This document shows positions 26,946-32,677 of a stretch of DNA of 32,677 nt, piece by piece; the first letter of the stretch is position 1; each line of letters starts with the position of its first letter. A program made the position numbers and the translations under genes. The notes below the pieces were generated by a model. The model was not told the origin of the DNA and searched no databases. It saw only the letters and a list, made by a program, of their open reading frames with translations. This DNA comes from Burkholderiales bacterium (lineage in GTDB: Bacteria; Pseudomonadota; Gammaproteobacteria; Burkholderiales; Burkholderiaceae_C), in the NCBI GenBank assembly GCA_038242795.1, contig JBBSRS010000001.1:1-32677 (forward strand), written 5' to 3'.

Positions 26946-28097
26946 ATGAAGTTCAATCGTCGCCAGATGGTGCTGAAGGCTGTGGCCGCCTCGGTGGTCG
27001 TTGCCAGTCCCGCGCTGCGGGCGCAAACCGGTAAAAATACCTTGAAGGTGACGGTCGGGCAGTCAGTACCGCTGACAGGCATGGCAGACCAGATCGGCCT
27101 GGCTTACCTGAATGGAGCAAAGCTCTGCTTCGATGCCCTGAATGCCGCAGGCGGCGCGGGTGGCTTCAGGATTGACGTCAAGGCGCTTGACGACGGGTAT
27201 GACCCTGCCAAGGCAGCCGCCAATGCACAGAACTTCATCAAGGACGGGGTTGATGCGCTGTTCGGCTTCGCCGGCACAGCCAGTTGCGACGCAGCCTATG
27301 CCGTGGCAAAGCCTTCCGGCGCCTTGTTTTTTGCACCTTTCGCGGCCTCGGACGCCTTGCACGATCCTTCGCTGGGCAATGTTTTCCATGTGCGTCCGGC
27401 GCTGGCCGACGAAGCCTACAAAGTGGCGCGCCATTGCGCCACCCTCAACCAGGAACGCATCGCCGTGTTTGCCGAGGACGATGCCATGGGGCGGGCCGGT
27501 CTGGCCGCCGTCAACCAGGCACTGGTGGACCTGAAACGGCCACCGCTGGTGGCCAGTTCCTTGTCGCCTGTCAACAGCGACAAGGTCGATGCGGCCGTTG
27601 CAGAATTGTCGAAGGCAAAGCCGCAGGCGATCATTCTGGTGAGCTTGTTCAACACGTCGGCGGCCTTTATCCGAAAAATGCGGCTGGGCGGTTATGGCGG
27701 CCAGTTCCTGACCTTTTCGGTGGTCGGCATCGATCCCTTGTTCAGCGCGCTGGGCAAGGAAATCGGCGGCATCGTGATTTCCCAGGTGGTTCCGTCTCCC
27801 CGCAGTTCCGCCATGCCCCTGATCAAGGAATACCTGCAGGCGCTGAACCAGACGGAACAGGCGCCGAGCTACGAAAGCGTGGAAGGCTTCATCGCGGCCC
27901 GCTGCTTTACCGAAGGCGTGCGCCGAAGCATTGCTGGTGGCGGCAAGCCGGACCGGGCCGGCTTGCGAAAAGCGTTCACCGCCATGAGCGACCATGACGT
28001 GGGTGGGTTTCGCGTCAACCTGCGGCCCAAAAAATACGAGTCGGTTCGCGCCATCGACCTCGTGAGCATCACACCGGACGGAAAAATCATCCGTTGA
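26946..28097 (+). CDS. Periplasmic substrate-binding protein, type I / LivJ-K-like family, with putative Tat signal
   Basis: MKFNRRQMVL signal, VGQSVPLTG, LDDGYDP, VFHVRP, ISQVVPSP, EGFIAA. Start trimmed to ATG 26946. Confidence 0.88.
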   Translation: MKFNRRQMVLKAVAASVVVASPALRAQTGKNTLKVTVGQSVPLTGMADQIGLAYLNGAKLCFDALNAAGGAGGFRIDVKALDDGYDPAKAAANAQNFIKDGVDALFGFAGTASCDAAYAVAKPSGALFFAPFAASDALHDPSLGNVFHVRPALADEAYKVARHCATLNQERIAVFAEDDAMGRAGLAAVNQALVDLKRPPLVASSLSPVNSDKVDAAVAELSKAKPQAIILVSLFNTSAAFIRKMRLGGYGGQFLTFSVVGIDPLFSALGKEIGGIVISQVVPSPRSSAMPLIKEYLQALNQTEQAPSYESVEGFIAARCFTEGVRRSIAGGGKPDRAGLRKAFTAMSDHDVGGFRVNLRPKKYESVRAIDLVSITPDGKIIR

Positions 28098-28271
28098 TTC
28101 CACACCGTCTTGACAACCGCGACTGCGCGGCTTGGCCTGTCGTGAGGGCGTGGTTTTTGCGACTTCAGGCCTCGTGCTTGATGCCCATGCCGAACGCAGC
28201 AGGTGGACACGAATCAGGTCATCGTGAGCCGGATCAACTTATCATGGCGCGAACTTCTGGTGATGCAATTC

Positions 28272-28970
28272 ATGGCCCGTCTTCCCCGCCTAACCGTTCC
28301 CGGCTACCCCCACCACATCATCCAGCGGGGCAATAACCGCCAGGTGATTTTTTCATCGGCCGCCGACTTCCAGATGCTGCTTTCGCTGCTGGAAGAAAAC
28401 GCACAGAAATTCGGCGTCGCAGTGCATGCCTATGTGCTGATGGACAACCATTTCCACCTGCTCGCCACGCCAAGCACCGCCGAAGCCCTGCCGCAGATGA
28501 TGCAGGCGGTCGGCCGGCGCTATGTGCGGTATTTCAACGACCGCCAGGGGCGCACAGGCACGCTGTGGGAAGGGCGTTACCGCTCGACCGTCATCGACAC
28601 CGAGCGCTACCTGCTGGCGTGCATGGCATACATCGACCTCAACCCGGTGCGCGCCGGACTCGTCAGGGACGCCGCCGCCTATCCGTGGTCCAGCCATGCG
28701 CACTGTATTGGCCAGCGGACAGACCGGCTCGTCACGCCGCATGCACTGTTCTGGGCACTGGGCAACACTCCGTTTTCGCGCGAAGCGGCCTATGCGGGGC
28801 TGGTTGCTGAGGGCATTGCGCCGGAGCAGCAGGAGGAAATGACCCGCGCCGCGCTGGGCGGCTGGGCCCTGGGCGACAAACGTTTTGTGGAAAATCTGCA
28901 AAAGCAGACCAGCCGCCGCGTCCTGCAAGCCAAAGCAGGACGCCCCCCGCTGGCTGATAAAATTGCTTAA
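28272..28970 (+). CDS. Y1 HUH transposase, REP-associated tyrosine transposase (RAYT)-like
   Basis: MARLPR...PHHIIQRGNNRQ, HUH motif YVLMDNHFHLL, GTLWEGRY, catalytic Tyr in YIDLNPVRAG, YPWSS, C-terminal GRP. 232 aa, intact. Confidence 0.92.
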   Translation: MARLPRLTVPGYPHHIIQRGNNRQVIFSSAADFQMLLSLLEENAQKFGVAVHAYVLMDNHFHLLATPSTAEALPQMMQAVGRRYVRYFNDRQGRTGTLWEGRYRSTVIDTERYLLACMAYIDLNPVRAGLVRDAAAYPWSSHAHCIGQRTDRLVTPHALFWALGNTPFSREAAYAGLVAEGIAPEQQEEMTRAALGGWALGDKRFVENLQKQTSRRVLQAKAGRPPLADKIA

Positions 28971-29020
28971 AACATGTTTTTGGTATAGCCATCAATAACA
29001 GTTAGCTATGTATTTTGATA

Positions 29021-29082
29021 TGTCCCCGGTTATTTTAAGCTGACTCCTAAAAGGATTTAATTGGAATCTGACCCCAATTAAA
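29021..29082. repeat. Three TGWCYCC direct motifs plus a 9-bp inverted repeat downstream of the RAYT-like gene
   Basis: TGTCCCC (29021), TGACTCC (29041), TGACCCC (29069); TTTAATTGG (29056-29064) N9 CCAATTAAA (29074-29082). Confidence 0.5.
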
Positions 29083-29098
29083 AAATTTGGCATGGAAG

Positions 29099-29115
29099 CT
29101 GGCATGCACTATGCT
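29099..29115 (+). promoter_or_regulatory. sigma54 (-24/-12) promoter for gltB
   Basis: CTGGCATGCACTATGCT, with exact GG-N10-GC spacing, versus consensus YTGGCACGRNNNTTGCW. About 85 bp upstream of a nitrogen-assimilation gene. Confidence 0.6.
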
Positions 29116-29200
29116 CGTCTTTTTGAAATTTGAAACACTTGGCGAGCACGGTTGGCGTCTTGATCGACGCTTGCTGCTGGCCCACTGACAAGGAACTGCC

Positions 29201-32200
29201 ATGACCACGGCCGCTGAAATCAAGCATTTTGAACAACATGGTTTGTACGCCGGCGCCAACGAGCACGATGCGTGCGGTGTCGGCTTCGTGGCGCATATCA
29301 AGGGCCACAAGAGCCATGCAATCGTCGCACAGGCCCTCAAGATTCTTGAAAACCTGGACCACCGGGGCGCCGTGGGGGCCGACAAGCTGATGGGTGACGG
29401 CGCCGGCATCCTGATCCAGTTGCCCGACGCGCTGTACCGTGAAGAAATGGCCGCGCAAGGCGTGGCGCTGCCGCCACCGGGCGAATATGGCGTGGGCATG
29501 GTGTTTTTGCCCAAGGAACATGCCTCGCGACTGGCTTGCGAAGAGGCGCTTGAACGCGCCGTCAAGGCCGAAGGCCAGGTGCTGCTGGGCTGGCGCGATG
29601 TGCCGGTGAACCGCGAGATGCCGATGTCGCCCACCGTGCGCAAAAAGGAACCCATCCTGCGCCAGATCTTCATTGGCCGCGGCAACGACGTGATCGTCCA
29701 GGATGCACTGGAGCGCAAACTCTATGTGATCCGCAAGACCGCCAGCGCCGCCATCCAGAACCTCAAGCTGACGCACAGCAAGGAATACTACGTTCCCAGC
29801 ATGTCCAGCCGCACCGTGGTTTACAAGGGCCTGCTGCTGGCCGACCAAGTGGGCGTTTACTTCATGGACCTGTGTGATGCGCGCTGTATTTCCGCGCTCG
29901 GACTGGTGCACCAACGCTTTTCCACCAACACCTTTCCTGAGTGGCCGCTGGCCCACCCGTACCGCTATGTGGCGCACAACGGCGAGATCAACACCGTCAA
30001 GGGCAACTACAACTGGATGAAGGCCCGCGAAGGCGTGATGTCTTCGCCAGTGCTCGGCGCCGACCTGCAAAAGCTCTACCCGATCACCTTTCCCGGCCAG
30101 TCCGACACCGCCACCTTCGACAACTGCCTGGAGTTGCTGACCATGGCCGGTTACCCGATCAGCCAGGCCGTGATGATGATGATCCCCGAGCCGTGGGAGC
30201 AGCACACCACGATGGACGAACGCCGCAAGGCCTTCTACGAATACCATGCCGCCATGCTGGAGCCGTGGGACGGCCCGGCGTCCATCGTCTTCACCGACGG
30301 CCGTCAGATTGGCGCCACGCTGGACCGCAACGGACTGCGTCCCTCGCGCTACTGCGTCACCGACGACGACCTGGTCATCATGGCGTCCGAATCCGGCGTG
30401 CTGCCGATTCCCGAGCACAAGATCGTTCGCAAATGGCGTCTGCAGCCCGGCAAGATGTTCCTGATCGACCTGGAACAAGGCCGCATGGTCGATGACGAGG
30501 AAATCAAGGCTACCTTGTCGCACAGCAAGCCTTACAAGCAGTGGATCGAGAACCTGCGCGTCCGGCTAGATGACGTGGCGCCTGCCTCGTCCCCGGCTTT
30601 GCTCCCTCTCCCTCGGGGAGAGGGCCGGGGTGAGGGCGTTCCCGCTCCCATTTCACTGCTCGACCGCCAGCAGGCCTTTGGCTACACCCAGGAAGACATC
30701 AAGTTCCTGCTGTCGCCGATGGCCGCCAACGGCGAGGAAGCCACCGGCTCGATGGGCAACGACAGCCCGCTGGCCGTGCTGTCGAACAAGAACAAGCCGC
30801 TGTACAACTACTTCAAGCAGATGTTTGCGCAGGTCACCAACCCGCCGATCGACCCGATCCGCGAAGCCATCGTGATGTCGCTGGTGTCCTTCATCGGCCC
30901 CAAGCCGAACCTGCTGGACATCAACCAGGTGAACCCGCCAATGCGGCTCGAAGTCAGCCAGCCGGTGCTGAACGTGGCCGACATGCAAAAGCTGCGCGAT
31001 ATCAAAATCCGCACCCAGGGCAAGTTCAAGAGCTACACGCTGGACATCACCTACCCGCTGGCCTGGGGCAGCGAAGGCGTCGAAGCCAAGCTGGCGTCGC
31101 TGTGCGCCGAAGCGGTCGATGCCATCAATACCGGCAAGAACATCCTGATCGTCAGCGACCGCGCCCTGAGCGCCACGCAGGTCGCCATCCCCGCGCTGCT
31201 GGCACTGTCGGCGATTCATCAGCATCTGGTGAAGGAAGGCCTGCGCACCACCGCCGGGCTGGTGGTCGAAACCGGCTCGGCCAAGGAAGTGCACCACTTC
31301 GCCGTGCTGGCGGCGTACGGTGCCGAGGCGGTCCATCCCTACCTGGCGCTGGAAACCCTGGCAGAGTTGTCAAAAGGCCTGCCGGGCGACCTGAGCACCG
31401 AAAAAGCGGTCTACAACTACACCAAGGCCATCGGCAAGGGCCTGTCCAAGATCATGTCCAAAATGGGCGTGTCCACCTACATGAGCTACTGCGGCTCGCA
31501 GCTGTTCGAGGCGATTGGATTGAATCGCCAGACGGTTGACAAATTTTTCACCGGAACCTCCAGCCAGGTCGAGGGCATGGGCGTGTTCGGCATTGCAGAA
31601 GAAGCGCTGCGCATGCACAAGGCGGCCTTCAGCGACGATCCGGTGCTGGCCAACATGCTGGACGCCGGCGGCGAATACGCCTGGCGCGTGCGCGGCGAAG
31701 ACCACATGTGGACGCCCGACACGATTGCCAAGCTGCAGCATTCGACACGCGCCAACAACTGGAACACCTACAAGGAATTTGCCCAGCTCGTCAACGACCA
31801 GAACCGCCGCCACATGACGCTGCGCGGCCTGTTCGAGTTCAAGATTGACCCATCCAAAGCCATTCCAATCGACGAGGTCGAGCCGGCCAAGGAAATCGTC
31901 AAGCGCTTTGTCACCGGCGCCATGTCGCTGGGTTCGATCAGCACCGAAGCCCATGCGACGCTGGCCGTGGCCATGAACCGCATCGGCGGCAAGAGCAACA
32001 CCGGCGAGGGCGGCGAAGACCCCAACCGCTACCGTCAGGAACTCAAAGGCATCCCGATCCGTCGCGGCGACACGCTGAAAAGCGTGATTGGCGAGAAGGT
32101 CGTCGAAGTCGATCTGCCGCTGCAGGACGGCGACTCGCTGCGTTCGCGCATCAAGCAGGTGGCGTCGGGCCGTTTTGGCGTCACCGCCGAATACCTGGTG

Positions 32201-32677
32201 TCGGCCGACCAGATCCAGATCAAGATGGCGCAGGGCGCGAAGCCGGGCGAGGGCGGCCAGCTGCCCGGCGGCAAGGTCAGCGAGTACATCGGCCAGCTGC
32301 GTTTCTCGGTGCCCGGCGTGGGCCTAATCTCGCCGCCGCCGCACCACGACATCTATTCGATCGAGGACCTGGCGCAGCTGATCCACGACCTGAAAAACGT
32401 CAACCCGCGCGCCAGCAGCAGCGTCAAGCTGGTCAGCGAAACCGGCGTCGGCACGATTGCCGCCGGCGTGGCCAAGGCCAAGGCCGACCATGTGGTGATT
32501 GCCGGCCATGACGGCGGCACGGGCGCTTCGCCCTGGTCATCGATCAAGCATGCCGGCACGCCGTGGGAGCTGGGCCTGGCCGAGACGCAGCAGACCTTGG
32601 TGCTGAACCGGCTGCGCGGCCGCATCCGCGTGCAGGCCGACGGCCAGATGAAGACCGGCCGCGACGTGGTGATCGGC
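29201..32677 (+). CDS. gltB: Glutamate synthase large subunit (partial, runs off window end)
   Basis: Manual translation: [10 protein letters not shown]...EHDACGVGF (Ntn Cys), [94 protein letters not shown] at 29190. Confidence 0.98.
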   Translation, partial: MTTAAEIKHFEQHGLYAGANEHDACGVGFVAHIKGHKSHAIVAQALKILENLDHRGAVGADKLMGDGAGILIQLPDALYREEMAAQGVALPPPGEYGVGMVFLPKEHASRLACEEALERAVKAEGQVLLGWRDVPVNREMPMSPTVRKKEPILRQIFIGRGNDVIVQDALERKLYVIRKTASAAIQNLKLTHSKEYYVPSMSSRTVVYKGLLLADQVGVYFMDLCDARCISALGLVHQRFSTNTFPEWPLAHPYRYVAHNGEINTVKGNYNWMKAREGVMSSPVLGADLQKLYPITFPGQSDTATFDNCLELLTMAGYPISQAVMMMIPEPWEQHTTMDERRKAFYEYHAAMLEPWDGPASIVFTDGRQIGATLDRNGLRPSRYCVTDDDLVIMASESGVLPIPEHKIVRKWRLQPGKMFLIDLEQGRMVDDEEIKATLSHSKPYKQWIENLRVRLDDVAPASSPALLPLPRGEGRGEGVPAPISLLDRQQAFGYTQEDIKFLLSPMAANGEEATGSMGNDSPLAVLSNKNKPLYNYFKQMFAQVTNPPIDPIREAIVMSLVSFIGPKPNLLDINQVNPPMRLEVSQPVLNVADMQKLRDIKIRTQGKFKSYTLDITYPLAWGSEGVEAKLASLCAEAVDAINTGKNILIVSDRALSATQVAIPALLALSAIHQHLVKEGLRTTAGLVVETGSAKEVHHFAVLAAYGAEAVHPYLALETLAELSKGLPGDLSTEKAVYNYTKAIGKGLSKIMSKMGVSTYMSYCGSQLFEAIGLNRQTVDKFFTGTSSQVEGMGVFGIAEEALRMHKAAFSDDPVLANMLDAGGEYAWRVRGEDHMWTPDTIAKLQHSTRANNWNTYKEFAQLVNDQNRRHMTLRGLFEFKIDPSKAIPIDEVEPAKEIVKRFVTGAMSLGSISTEAHATLAVAMNRIGGKSNTGEGGEDPNRYRQELKGIPIRRGDTLKSVIGEKVVEVDLPLQDGDSLRSRIKQVASGRFGVTAEYLVSADQIQIKMAQGAKPGEGGQLPGGKVSEYIGQLRFSVPGVGLISPPPHHDIYSIEDLAQLIHDLKNVNPRASSSVKLVSETGVGTIAAGVAKAKADHVVIAGHDGGTGASPWSSIKHAGTPWELGLAETQQTLVLNRLRGRIRVQADGQMKTGRDVVIG
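30604..30636 (+). repeat. BoxC/PIT-like intrastrand triplex motif inside the gltB coding sequence
   Basis: CCCTCTCCC-tcg-GGGAGAGGG-ccg-GGGTGAGGG: 9-bp hairpin plus a third purine arm, read in frame as [11 protein letters not shown]. Confidence 0.8.

Noticed and set aside
29004-29023. Fifth copy of the 65-bp element downstream of the RAYT-like gene
   Set aside because: AGCTAT is present, but the spacer is 8 nt, the second half-site is broken (ATATGT) and the GCGC dyad is absent. Reported only as motif fragments.
1-32677. CRISPR array, tRNA or rRNA genes
   Set aside because: No regularly spaced repeats or RNA-gene signatures were seen. The 65-bp copies are kilobases apart and too diverged for a CRISPR array.

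Overview
GC-rich betaproteobacterial chromosome segment; gene order and protein style suggest Comamonadaceae (inference). It is mostly core genome: metK (partial), two tandem LpxL-family acyltransferases, an alpha/beta hydrolase, engB, cytochrome c4 with System II biogenesis genes (resB, ccsB), msrPQ, lysA, lptM, cyaY, PBP1A, pilMNOPQ, aroK, aroB, dgt, an MFS transporter, an orphan solute-binding protein, a Y1/HUH (RAYT-like) transposase and gltB (partial). Five things stand out. (1) A 65-bp dispersed intergenic element in four diverged but gap-free copies, two of them bracketing the hydrolase gene in inverted orientation. (2) A SAM-II-like pseudoknot in the metK leader with a substitution in the conserved core. 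(3) A low-GC Ig-like lipoprotein gene between pilQ and aroK. (4) An intact RAYT-like gene followed by short repeats and a sigma54 promoter for gltB. (5) A BoxC/triplex-type repeat translated in frame inside gltB. All calls come from motif recognition by eye; no searches were run.
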